A stretch of DNA of 64,000 nt from the IMG/VR virus record IMGVR_UViG_3300045988_184153; one strand, given 5' to 3'. The position numbers were made by a program, and so were the translations under genes. This DNA is from a virus. Position 1 is the stretch's first letter; the number at the start of each line of letters is the position of its first letter. The notes beneath the pieces are model-generated. The model was not told the DNA's origin. It searched no databases and was given only the letters and a program-made list of their open reading frames with translations. Positions 28,968 through 37,743 of the stretch are shown here, piece after piece.

Positions 28968-29519
28968 TTAATCTTCTGCCGCAGCTAGTACAGCCAGTAC
29001 ATCATCAGCTACAGCATTGACCACATCATCGAATGTAGCTTTATCAAATGCAAAGTCTACAAACAAATGACTGTTTGTGGGGTGGTCGAAATCGATGATA
29101 ACCTCATCAATTAGGTTATCAGAAACGGTTACATCCCAACCCCAAGAAGCTACTGCAAGAGGCTTTCTTGACACGAAGCTAAAGAAATCCTTTCGGAACT
29201 TAAGCTCGTCATTTGGGTTCTTGATGACCCATAATGATTTGCTATGGTTGACTTTTTTAAAGTCCATCAAAGCTTTAGCCACAACATCTTTATCAAAGAT
29301 GTCAGCCTCTTTCGCTTTAGCAACAATAGAAATTGGATCATTGCTGTTCAAAAAACTAGTAGTACGTCTGTTAGTTCTAATATTTTGAACATTTACAATA
29401 TGATCAACTCGACCTTTAAGAGAGCTGATCATTTTTGTTGCTGTAGTTGATTTATTCAAGAAATCAACTACTTCTTCTTTTGTGAATGTTGTTTTCATAT
29501 TTTTCTCCTTCTTTTCCAA
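28968..29519 (-). CDS. Hypothetical protein (183 aa), paralog of 59603..60103 (shared acidic C-terminus)
   Basis: Shared C-terminus ...FDHPTNSHLFVDFAFDKATFDDVVNAVADDVLAVL versus ...FDNKDHSDLFIDFAFNKNGVGFDDVIDALADDVVKLM. 5'UTR hairpin CCAAACATAGATGTTTGG plus AAAGAAGGAG. Confidence 0.65.
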   Translation of the reverse strand: MEKKEKNMKTTFTKEEVVDFLNKSTTATKMISSLKGRVDHIVNVQNIRTNRRTTSFLNSNDPISIVAKAKEADIFDKDVVAKALMDFKKVNHSKSLWVIKNPNDELKFRKDFFSFVSRKPLAVASWGWDVTVSDNLIDEVIIDFDHPTNSHLFVDFAFDKATFDDVVNAVADDVLAVLAAAED

Positions 29520-29610
29520 ACATCTATGTTTGGTTTTTTATTATTATTTGTAATAATTATATTTATTAATTTATTTTATTACAAAAAATAAAAATAATAA
29601 AAAAATTCTA

Positions 29611-29775
29611 TTGACAAAAAATATTTTTTTTACTATAATAATATTAGCGATAAAACGCCCTTCGCTACAAAAATTCAAAGAGGGTTTTTTCTAGTAAAGT
29701 GGTGATGGCTACCATACATCACCCTATCTCTTACATTTATATTAAGGGGTTGCTTTGCAGCCTCTTTTTTTTATT
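29611..29775 (+). ncRNA. Candidate small RNA: perfect sigma-A promoter (TTGACA-17-TATAAT), conserved about 80-nt leader (copy 2 of the element at 12844), unique about 50-nt 3' part, terminator hairpin plus U8; no downstream + strand gene
   Basis: TTGACA 29611-29616, TATAAT 29634-29639. The conserved TAGCGATAAAACGCCCTTCGCTACAAAAATTCAAAGAGGGTTTTTT. Hairpin GGTGATGGCTACCATACATCACC. Terminator GGTTGCTTTGCAGCC followed by TCTTTTTTTT. Flanking genes are on the minus strand. Confidence 0.5.
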
Positions 29776-29833
29776 TATATTGAAAGTAAAAAAAAGACCG
29801 GCTAGGTCTTTTAATTATCTAAATTTGATTTCG

Positions 29834-30379
29834 TCACAAGCAATAAGATTTGATTTCCTCTATAAATAATTCAGTTTGAAGTTCATCAAATAGAATTTTT
29901 GTATTGGTGAGATTATTGTTAATAACTCCGCACTCATCGTAACTAATAAAGAACAACAAGGTTTGTACAGTTTTAACATCCGTCTTAGACAAATCTCCCT
30001 TAATAAACTTCTTTATCAAAACTTGCGAAGCAACTCTCATTTTATTAAAAAATAAGGAATTGTCACCGGAATCAAATCCTGGAACAGAAAAAGAGATCCC
30101 GGTTCTGAGCAATGAATCAGAACTCTCAATTTCTGGTACAGAATATTTGTTCTTGATGACGAAACATCTTTTACTTGGAATGTAATAAAGCTCCAAAGTG
30201 TCATCAGTTGGAAGTTTTAAATTTTCGATTTCATCAATATTGCTTGAAGAATCACATTGCAAGAATGATAATCCACCAGAATCAATGCTAATGATAGTAC
30301 CTTCAGAAATGGAATCAATATCTTCCAAAAGTGATTCGAAACCAATAAATTTATTGTTATTATTTAAAGTTTTAATCAT
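29834..30379 (-). CDS. Hypothetical protein (start moved to MIKTLNN at 30379; the ORF-track N-terminus is the translated RBS)
   Basis: GGGGAAAGAAGGAGAACAAA-ATG on the minus strand. TATAAT plus inverted repeat TCTGATATAATTTCAGA upstream. Confidence 0.6.
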   Translation of the reverse strand: MIKTLNNNNKFIGFESLLEDIDSISEGTIISIDSGGLSFLQCDSSSNIDEIENLKLPTDDTLELYYIPSKRCFVIKNKYSVPEIESSDSLLRTGISFSVPGFDSGDNSLFFNKMRVASQVLIKKFIKGDLSKTDVKTVQTLLFFISYDECGVINNNLTNTKILFDELQTELFIEEIKSYCL

Positions 30380-30508
30380 TTTGTTCTCCTTCTTTCCCCT
30401 TCTAAAATTCATTTAGTTTTTATCTCTCTCTGAAATTATATCAGAATCTTCTTTTTCTTTTATAATTTGAGAAAGATATTTTATATTAAGAAAGAAGGTA
30501 TTATATTA

Positions 30509-31117
30509 ATGAAAAAATACAATCGTATTGCAATCGAGGGTGGGGAAGGCGTTGGTAAATCAACTGTCTTAAACATCCTCAAGAAAAATCTTGACCCAGA
30601 AACAACTCTATTTGTGAAAGAACCTTACGAGAAGTCCTCAGTCGCTGGTGACATCATTCGTTGGCGAAAAGGTGAGCTTGATTTGGATGAGATTGAACAG
30701 ACTGAACTTATGGCAAAATCCCGAGCAGAACTAAACAATCAGGTTGTTATTCCGGCAATCAACGAAGGGAAAATTGTTGTTTTTGATCGCTCCATTATCT
30801 CAAACTTGGTTTATCAATTGACGGGCACACATCTGACTCGTAATGAAATCATTGACATCAATTTGGAAGAAGATGAGAATATGGCACTTCCAGATTTGTG
30901 TGTGTTAATCGACGCTGATCCTCGTGCTGTACAAGATCGACTAAATCAAAACGGTCGTGAGCGTGACGCCATCGATTCGAAACCCTTGGAGTTTCATTAT
31001 CAAATTCGAGATGAGTTCTTGAATCTCTCAGAAGACTTCCCCTGCGATTTTCTAATCCTATCCGGATTTGACGATCCTGAAGTTAATGCAGAGAAGATTC
31101 TTGAATTGCTGAAATAA
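30509..31117 (+). CDS. P-loop nucleotide kinase, thymidylate kinase / deoxynucleoside kinase family (203 aa; start moved to ATG 30509 after the cassette SD)
   Basis: P-loop IAIEGGEGVGKST. DRS/DRY-type motif VVFDRSIISNLVYQLTG. These are family motifs of Tmk and dNK. I cannot assign it to one of the two. Confidence 0.65.
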   Translation: MKKYNRIAIEGGEGVGKSTVLNILKKNLDPETTLFVKEPYEKSSVAGDIIRWRKGELDLDEIEQTELMAKSRAELNNQVVIPAINEGKIVVFDRSIISNLVYQLTGTHLTRNEIIDINLEEDENMALPDLCVLIDADPRAVQDRLNQNGRERDAIDSKPLEFHYQIRDEFLNLSEDFPCDFLILSGFDDPEVNAEKILELLK

Positions 31118-31265
31118 AAATAGAAAAAGCACCGCTGAAATAATTGCAGTGCTTTTTCTATTTATTTGTTTTTTTACAATTTCTTAAATTTTTATTAAAA
31201 AACTATTGCTATTATTTTTTTTATCTGATATAATGTAACTATCATAAATATAGGAGGAGTCATAT

Positions 31266-32750
31266 TTGGACTTAGGTATTATTTTTTGGATTGTTGGGGG
31301 ATTAGTTGGATTCCTTGTGCTATTATCATTGTTTTACGCAGGGTACGTAATTGCGCCACCTAACCAAGCCGTTGTTATTACCGGTGGAGGTAAACAGCGA
31401 GTACTACTTGGTGAAGCAGGATGGATGATTCCATTTCTCTCTACACGAAATTACATCTCAGTAGAGCAATTCAAAACTGATGTAAAAACATCAAACTTTG
31501 TTCCTACGAAAGATTTCATCAACGTTAAAGCTGACGCAGCAGTAACTCTTAAGATCGGAACATCAAAAGAAATGCTTGCCGCAGCTGCTGAAAACTTCTT
31601 GAACTGGAATACGGAAGATATTTCTGCACAAGTAACAGACGTTCTTGAAGGTAATCTTCGTGAAATTATCGGCCAGATGAACTTGCGTGAAATGGTAAAT
31701 AACCGTCAAGAATTTGCTGGTAAAGTACAAGAAAATGTTAGTCCCGACCTTGCCAAGATGGGTATTGAAGTTATCGCCTTTACAGTTCAAAGTTTCGAAG
31801 ATCAAAACAACGTAATTCTAGACCTCGGTGTTGATAATATTGTTGCGATCAAGAAAGACGCTGCGATTGCACGTGCTATTGCAGAGCGTGAAGAAAAAGA
31901 AACTAAAGCTGAACAAGACCGTCTCGCTAATGAGGCACGTGTCACAGCTGACCTTGAAATTTCTAAACGTCAAAATGAACTAAAAATCAAGCAAGCAGAA
32001 CTTCAAGCGGTATCAGACGCAGAAATTGCTAAGAGTGCCGCAGTTCTTGAGATTGAAACAGAGCGCCAACGTAAAACTATCGAGTTCGAGCGTTCACAAG
32101 CTGATATCACGAAACAAGAACAAGAAGCGATTATCGCCCAAAAAGGCGTTGAAGTTCAACGTCAATATTTAGCTGCCGAAGTTGAAGCTGCTGCCGACGC
32201 AGAAAAATACAAACGTGAACGTGAAGCTGAAGCACAACTTGCACTTAGTCAACGTGAAGCTGAAGCTCAATTGTACCGTGTACAAAAAGAAGCTGAAGCT
32301 CAAGAACGCCGTGCTGAATCTAATCGCCGTCAAGCTGAAGAAGAAGCTAAAGGTATTGAAGCTAAAGGTCGTGCTGAAGCGGAAGCCATTCGTCTTCGTC
32401 TAGAAGCTGAAGCTGAAGGTTTAGAGAAGAAAGCAGAAGCCCTTGCTAAAATGGATCAGGCTGGTATTGCTCAAATGTACTTCGAGGTTCTTCCTCAAGT
32501 TGTTGCAGCGGCAACTCAACCACTTGCTAACGTTGATAGTATCACAATGTACGGAGAAGGTAACAACTCTAAGATGATTGGTGATATTATGACAAGTATC
32601 AGCACCATCAACGAAGGTTCTGGAATGGACATCCGACAACTTCTAAGTGGATTGGTTGGAGCCAACATCACTGGAAATGCGATTGGAAGACAAATCAAAT
32701 CTGCAACAGTTGAAGAAGTTCCAGCAACTCCTGAAGTTGTTTCAGAATAG
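31266..32750 (+). CDS. Flotillin-like SPFH/band-7 protein (FloT/YuaG-like), 494 aa, TTG start
   Basis: N-terminal membrane hairpin GIIFWIVGGLVGFLVLLSLFYAGYVIA. SPFH-like core. Long EA-rich coiled coil (AEAQLALSQREAEAQLYRVQKEAEAQERRAE...). TAGGAGGAG RBS. Terminator at 32759-32787. Confidence 0.75.
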   Translation: MDLGIIFWIVGGLVGFLVLLSLFYAGYVIAPPNQAVVITGGGKQRVLLGEAGWMIPFLSTRNYISVEQFKTDVKTSNFVPTKDFINVKADAAVTLKIGTSKEMLAAAAENFLNWNTEDISAQVTDVLEGNLREIIGQMNLREMVNNRQEFAGKVQENVSPDLAKMGIEVIAFTVQSFEDQNNVILDLGVDNIVAIKKDAAIARAIAEREEKETKAEQDRLANEARVTADLEISKRQNELKIKQAELQAVSDAEIAKSAAVLEIETERQRKTIEFERSQADITKQEQEAIIAQKGVEVQRQYLAAEVEAAADAEKYKREREAEAQLALSQREAEAQLYRVQKEAEAQERRAESNRRQAEEEAKGIEAKGRAEAEAIRLRLEAEAEGLEKKAEALAKMDQAGIAQMYFEVLPQVVAAATQPLANVDSITMYGEGNNSKMIGDIMTSISTINEGSGMDIRQLLSGLVGANITGNAIGRQIKSATVEEVPATPEVVSE

Positions 32751-32758
32751 TAGAATTA

Positions 32759-32787
32759 AGAGAATCCAAACGGGTTCTCTTTTTTTC
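32759..32787 (+). terminator. Rho-independent terminator
   Basis: AGAGAATCCAAACGGGTTCTCT followed by TTTTTTT. Confidence 0.8.
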
Positions 32788-32837
32788 TCTTATAATTGAA
32801 GAAAATAAGTTTAATACTTTTAGAAAGAAGGAAAATA

Positions 32838-34085
32838 ATGGTAAAAAACACAAAGGATAATAATTTCTTTATCCTAAATCAAGCTGAAAAAGCAATTGAT
32901 GATTGCAAATTTATTTTTGGCGATTTAGAGGTTTTGAAAGAAAATGTAGATACCGATTTAGTTTCTGTACATTATTCTCGATCTTTAAATTCTTATTTGT
33001 TTAGGAGTGAGAATAGACCGTATCGTCAATTTATTGATAACTTCACAAGATTCAATTCTGACTGTACATCTCTGGGTATACACTTGAATGTTAAATTTTT
33101 AGTTGATTATCAAATTGATAAAAAGAAAGATATTTTAAATAAACTTTTAAAAAAGATGTTAAAATATTTCACTTTAAACCAACTAACAAAAGATATTATC
33201 GAAGCTATTCAATTAGAAGCTGATATAGATAATCTGGAGTTTGATGTTTCACAATATACAGATTCTATTTATGTAGATAACTACGATGAACTTTTAGAAG
33301 CTATCTCAAAAAAAAGTAATGATTTTTTGGATCAGTTAAGAGATTGGAGTAATGAAAAACATTATTATTTTTCCGATTATTTAAAACTATTGCACAGCAA
33401 AGAAGAATTAGAAAAAAATAATCTCTTTGTTGACGAAGAATATTTAAAATGGGTCGAGAAAATTTCTATTGAGGATATTAAAAAAGATTTATCTAGAATA
33501 ATCTACCATAATTATTCTCCACAAGATTGGATAAAATGTGAGAACGGAATTAAGCTTTTATCAAAAGATTATATTTCAAATAATATCTTGAAACCGGAAT
33601 ATGCAAACAAGATTAAGTTAGATTATGGTTTGGTTCAGTTGATATACAAGTATCACGGATTCGAATGTGCACCGGATGAGTTTTGGAAAAATTTTCAAAC
33701 AAAACGACAACAAGCCTTTGTTCACGACTTTTATTTTTGCAACTATGAAGATAAAAATGATTTCATTGATATGATTGTAGATATTGAAAATGAATTTGGT
33801 GTGAAAAAACAAATTACTCTCAATACTCTGGAGTTTAGAGAATTATCGAAGGCTAAAGTCGAAAATAGTAGGAGTTCTTTTATGACTCGTCTTGTATCAG
33901 TAATGGATACCGCAATTTTACTCGAAAGTGAAAAGTTCTTTGATATGATTCAAGGTAGCAATCGATTATTTAATTTCCTATCTGAATTTTATATAGCAAT
34001 GGAGGAATACGATTCTTTAATTGTTAAAGATGAGAATTACGATAAGATTATCAAAGCAATCGAGGCTTTATCTAATTTGAAATAA
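32838..34085 (+). CDS. Hypothetical protein (415 aa; start moved to MVKNTKD after the cassette SD)
   Basis: TATAATTGAAGAAA...AGAAAGAAGGAAAATA-ATG cassette. Confidence 0.65.
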   Translation: MVKNTKDNNFFILNQAEKAIDDCKFIFGDLEVLKENVDTDLVSVHYSRSLNSYLFRSENRPYRQFIDNFTRFNSDCTSLGIHLNVKFLVDYQIDKKKDILNKLLKKMLKYFTLNQLTKDIIEAIQLEADIDNLEFDVSQYTDSIYVDNYDELLEAISKKSNDFLDQLRDWSNEKHYYFSDYLKLLHSKEELEKNNLFVDEEYLKWVEKISIEDIKKDLSRIIYHNYSPQDWIKCENGIKLLSKDYISNNILKPEYANKIKLDYGLVQLIYKYHGFECAPDEFWKNFQTKRQQAFVHDFYFCNYEDKNDFIDMIVDIENEFGVKKQITLNTLEFRELSKAKVENSRSSFMTRLVSVMDTAILLESEKFFDMIQGSNRLFNFLSEFYIAMEEYDSLIVKDENYDKIIKAIEALSNLK

Positions 34086-34124
34086 AAAAAAGAAAAGGGG
34101 CAAAACCTCTTTTCTTTTTGTGTT

Positions 34125-35039
34125 TCAGACAAATACCACCATCGCCTTGTAGCAATCCGGTTTGTCCGGGAAGCGAACTAGCGACACCTCCTTGTTTGTA
34201 ATCCTTCGTGTGCTAAACTTGATATTTTCAAAGCTACTCTCATCTAAGTAAACGACGTAAAGTCGGTTACAGATATCACCCTTTTCAAGTCGGTAAACAT
34301 CTTGATTTTCAAATAGACTTTGTGCAAGTTTATTTGGATTTTTGCGTGCAGCCTTCACAGCCTCATCGTGCGATTCATAATCCTTTTCAAACATAGCTCC
34401 GAGGCTACGGGAAACCTTTTGGTCGTATGGTACGCCATCAACAAAATAGTCCAAACCAGCACTATGCTTCAGCGTTGGGAACACTTCCGAATTGTTTTTA
34501 AAAATCTCATACTCGATAAAATCATTTCGTAGTGCGTTGAAGTGTGTTACGCTAAGTTGATTAAGTGCCATATCCACTACTAGTTTCTCACGTGTTCGGC
34601 GAGAAATACAGTAACGGCGATTAATTTGCTGAATGGTTTGATCCAAGTTTCCTTGACGATTGGCCCAGAAATTATCCTGTTGCGATTCCAAACGATAATT
34701 TCGCTCTGCCGTTCGATACTGATTGTACTTGTCATACTTGTACTTGCCGTTGGGCAATACTGTCATCAGTTCATTTCGTGCGAACTGGAGTGCAATATTG
34801 TAGTCCCAATGTTCGATAATGATATCGTATGCTTTAGCTTTCGGAATCCGAAACAGACCCTTATTCTTTCCAGTTTTTAGTTTATAAGGTTCCTGATCGC
34901 CACCGGCAAGAATAAACAACTTTTCAGCCAAATCCTTTGCAGTTTCAGTTGTAAAAATCTTTTTAACCGTGTATCGATTGATTTCTTTCTTAATATTCTG
35001 GGACAGTTTCTTCTCTTCTGTTTTACTCATCAGAATCAC
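34125..35039 (-). CDS. Hypothetical protein (304 aa), overlaps the upstream primase-like gene by 17 nt (operon)
   Basis: ORF track. AAGAAGGGAAG RBS sits inside the end of the upstream gene. Confidence 0.6.
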   Translation of the reverse strand: MILMSKTEEKKLSQNIKKEINRYTVKKIFTTETAKDLAEKLFILAGGDQEPYKLKTGKNKGLFRIPKAKAYDIIIEHWDYNIALQFARNELMTVLPNGKYKYDKYNQYRTAERNYRLESQQDNFWANRQGNLDQTIQQINRRYCISRRTREKLVVDMALNQLSVTHFNALRNDFIEYEIFKNNSEVFPTLKHSAGLDYFVDGVPYDQKVSRSLGAMFEKDYESHDEAVKAARKNPNKLAQSLFENQDVYRLEKGDICNRLYVVYLDESSFENIKFSTRRITNKEVSLVRFPDKPDCYKAMVVFV

Positions 35040-36012
35040 TTCCCTTCTTAATCAATTTAAGCAAATCATTCCAATCTTTAACTGGTACAGTTCGTGAATC
35101 CGGTTTTTCTCTGATAGCTCCAGAAAAATGTTCCTTAAACAAATCATAAGCACCATTACCCGCTTCATCATTATCAGTTGCGATGATTAGCTGTAATTCT
35201 TTAAGATTCAAACCAAATCCAGTAGTTAGTTGTTCGATGATTCGTTCAACCTTTGTTAATGATCCACCGATTGCAACATACATAGTTTTAGATTCGGATT
35301 TTGGAATATTGTAAGGAATCTTATCTCGTACAGAATCAGAATAGCCGATTAGTTCCACATAGGATAATAGATCTATAACACCCTCGCAAAAGACAATCCG
35401 CTCTACATCTTTAAGAGAATTACAGTCCTTTCCAAGGATATAAAAGAACCCTTTAGATCCCGGCATATTTAATCGAATACGATTACCATCTTTGTCAGGA
35501 TGTGTCCCGATAACCTCAGCTCCGATACGATGTCCGTCCTTATCCAGTTGCAAAAAGACTAAGTTTCCAGAGGCGTTTTCTAAAATAAGTCCTCGTTTGA
35601 ATACAACATCTACCAACATCTCGTTTAGTTTACGTTCATCAATCAGATACTCCTTAGTTTGCCAAGCGTTCGGGTCATACACAATCTCGTCGAAGTTAGA
35701 ATCTTCTGCAATTTTCAGATCAACTTCTTTAAGTTTGTAAGACTTTCCGTTTGTCTTTCCGCCTAAGAAATTAAGCGCTGCTTTTTTGTCAACGATTCCC
35801 TGTTTCATCAAATAGGTCACAAGAGTATCGACCCCACGGCCACCTTCTTTTGTTGACCATCGGAACCAAGCGTCTTTGTATTCACCTTCAAGAGTGATTT
35901 GAAGTGAGTCGTGATCAACTAACTGAGCATTTCGTCCTTTCACAATATACGGAACTCCAAGGATGTCAAGTGCTGCTAGTGTTTTTGAAAATACTTTCTT
36001 TGTTTTTACCAT
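35023..36012 (-). CDS. Toprim-domain primase-like protein (DnaG/TraC-primase type), start moved to MVKTKK
   Basis: Toprim signatures IVFCEGVIDLLS (conserved Glu) and LIIATDNDEAGNGAY (DxD). Cassette TATAATTTTAGAAA, GAGTGTATACCGCACTC, AGAAAGAGGGAAGAAA-ATG on the minus strand. Confidence 0.65.
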   Translation of the reverse strand: MVKTKKVFSKTLAALDILGVPYIVKGRNAQLVDHDSLQITLEGEYKDAWFRWSTKEGGRGVDTLVTYLMKQGIVDKKAALNFLGGKTNGKSYKLKEVDLKIAEDSNFDEIVYDPNAWQTKEYLIDERKLNEMLVDVVFKRGLILENASGNLVFLQLDKDGHRIGAEVIGTHPDKDGNRIRLNMPGSKGFFYILGKDCNSLKDVERIVFCEGVIDLLSYVELIGYSDSVRDKIPYNIPKSESKTMYVAIGGSLTKVERIIEQLTTGFGLNLKELQLIIATDNDEAGNGAYDLFKEHFSGAIREKPDSRTVPVKDWNDLLKLIKKGSDSDE

Positions 36013-36072
36013 TTTCTTCCCTCTTTCTAGAGTGCGGTATACACTCAATATCAATATTTCTAAAATTATAGA
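36013..36072 (-). promoter_or_regulatory. Promoter/5'UTR cassette for the primase-like gene, back-to-back with the + cassette at 36090-36140
   Basis: Direct reading of the reverse complement. Confidence 0.6.
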
Positions 36073-36089
36073 AGAATAAACAAGTCTGT

Positions 36090-36140
36090 TATAATTAAAG
36101 AAAAATAGTAACTGAAATAGTTACAGAAAGAAGGTAAATA
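36090..36140 (+). promoter_or_regulatory. Promoter/5'UTR cassette (TGTTATAATTAAAGAAA, GTAACTGAAATAGTTAC, AGAAAGAAGGTAAATA)
   Basis: Direct reading. Confidence 0.7.
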
Positions 36141-37709
36141 ATGAAAGAAACTAAAAACAGCGTTTTGTATTTATATCTAAAGAACATCAAAAATTTGGTT
36201 AAAATGTTAGAAAAACCAGATGATTGGAAGTTTGTTGTTGGAGATACAAGGATCATTGATGATGGGGGCAGAGAAAGATTATATTTTATCAATGAAATTT
36301 CAAAAGAAATTGAAATTGCTATTTATAAAAAAAATATAACCTCAAGTTCGAAATACAATATTAATGAATTAGAATCCCTATTTACAGGTTTGGCTGTTGT
36401 TGCTGATTTATCTAAGTCTCTTAATAAGAATGAACGAATCAAAGAATTGAAAAATATTTTAATTCGAGAATTAACTGAGGTAAAAGTTGAAGATGTATCA
36501 TTTGAAAATGATGGCTTAAATAAACAATATATTTCACTCAATAAAAATCAAAACTATGTAAATCTATTAACAAAATTCTATACAATAGAAAATTTGATGA
36601 ACAAAAACAAAAAACTATCAGGTTTAGAAGAGATTGTTTTAGATAAATTAAAAAACATTTTTGAATTAGATCCGGTTAGTTCTTGGTGGAAAATTCTCAA
36701 AAAAACATATAACGAATATGAAACTAATTACAATGCCAAAGTGTTGATTTCATCTTTTTCAAAAGAAAGTTTGGTTAATTCTCTACAAAAATATATTGAA
36801 CATCATATCGAAGAAAAAATTAGATTTAATAACAGTGATGTTGTTTATGTTCTCAAGTATATCAATATTTTCTCGAAAATAAACAAAAACGATAAAAACG
36901 AATTTGAAAAACTGTTAGATTTTTGTTTTTACAACTTTGCAAAATCTATGATTTCTGAGTTTGGTGAGATGGAAAATGAGAGGGTTCGTTTTAATATAGA
37001 TTTGATTCGATTATTTAATTTTATTGAGTTTAATCCAAACTCCTTAAATAAAGTGACCGATGAATTTTTTGATGATTTACTTCAAAGATTGGTTTTTTCA
37101 ATAAAAACAATTTTATCTGAAAACAATAAACCTGTTTACTTATCTCAAGAGTTTTACGGAGAACTTTCAAAGGATTGGGCTTACAAAGTTATCGCTGGTG
37201 GCAGAACCACAGCAACTATGGATAATTTAAGGTTGACTTTGAATGGTTTAAAAAATTTCAATAAATTTTTAGAAAAACTTATTGAAGTTAAAGATGATAT
37301 TAATTTCTTTTTTAAAGATTCCTCATTAACAGATGTTTTTGTTCTGTCAGCTTATGGAAGGAATGACGAAGGACCTTTGGGTTCTATTAACAATGAACTT
37401 CGTTACTACTCTGAATCAAAAATAGCAAAAGATTTTCTACTTGAACACCGAAATTCTTGTGAGTTATTTTCTAAATTAATCTCAGAAGAGTGTCCTGCTC
37501 TTGAACTGTACAAGATGGATGTTGATTTTCTGATGAAGAAAATTGATTTAATGTCAAGGATGAATTGTGAGAAGTTGGATCCTAAGAAAGAAAATACCAA
37601 TAATTCAAAAGATAAGGGTTTGTATTTTTCTGATGACGACTATTTTAAATTTAAAATTTCAAGTAGTTGGGATTCCATCAAGACCCTAAGAAGTAAAGTT
37701 ACTTTTTAG
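36141..37709 (+). CDS. Hypothetical protein (522 aa)
   Basis: ORF track. Cassette upstream. Bidirectional terminator at 37717-37742. Confidence 0.7.
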   Translation: MKETKNSVLYLYLKNIKNLVKMLEKPDDWKFVVGDTRIIDDGGRERLYFINEISKEIEIAIYKKNITSSSKYNINELESLFTGLAVVADLSKSLNKNERIKELKNILIRELTEVKVEDVSFENDGLNKQYISLNKNQNYVNLLTKFYTIENLMNKNKKLSGLEEIVLDKLKNIFELDPVSSWWKILKKTYNEYETNYNAKVLISSFSKESLVNSLQKYIEHHIEEKIRFNNSDVVYVLKYINIFSKINKNDKNEFEKLLDFCFYNFAKSMISEFGEMENERVRFNIDLIRLFNFIEFNPNSLNKVTDEFFDDLLQRLVFSIKTILSENNKPVYLSQEFYGELSKDWAYKVIAGGRTTATMDNLRLTLNGLKNFNKFLEKLIEVKDDINFFFKDSSLTDVFVLSAYGRNDEGPLGSINNELRYYSESKIAKDFLLEHRNSCELFSKLISEECPALELYKMDVDFLMKKIDLMSRMNCEKLDPKKENTNNSKDKGLYFSDDDYFKFKISSSWDSIKTLRSKVTF

Positions 37710-37716
37710 TTAAAAT

Positions 37717-37742
37717 AAAAACAGCTTAAAAGCTGTTTTTTA
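37717..37742. terminator. Bidirectional terminator
   Basis: AAAACAGCTTAAAAGCTGTTTT palindrome flanked by A/T runs. Confidence 0.8.
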
Positions 37743-37743
37743 T

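Noticed and set aside
29705-29875. Possible 56-aa ORF (MATIHHPISY...) inside the sRNA candidate
   Set aside because: The ATG is directly adjacent to GGTGA, which is poor spacing. The ORF runs through the intrinsic terminator and into the antisense of the next gene.
30198-30416. ORF 30198..30416 (+)
   Set aside because: It is embedded antisense in 29834..30379 and overlaps the divergent promoter. It has no RBS.
32182-32403. ORF 32182..32403 (+) and minus ORFs 32421..32698 inside the flotillin gene
   Set aside because: They are alternate-frame or antisense readings of the EA-repeat coiled-coil region.
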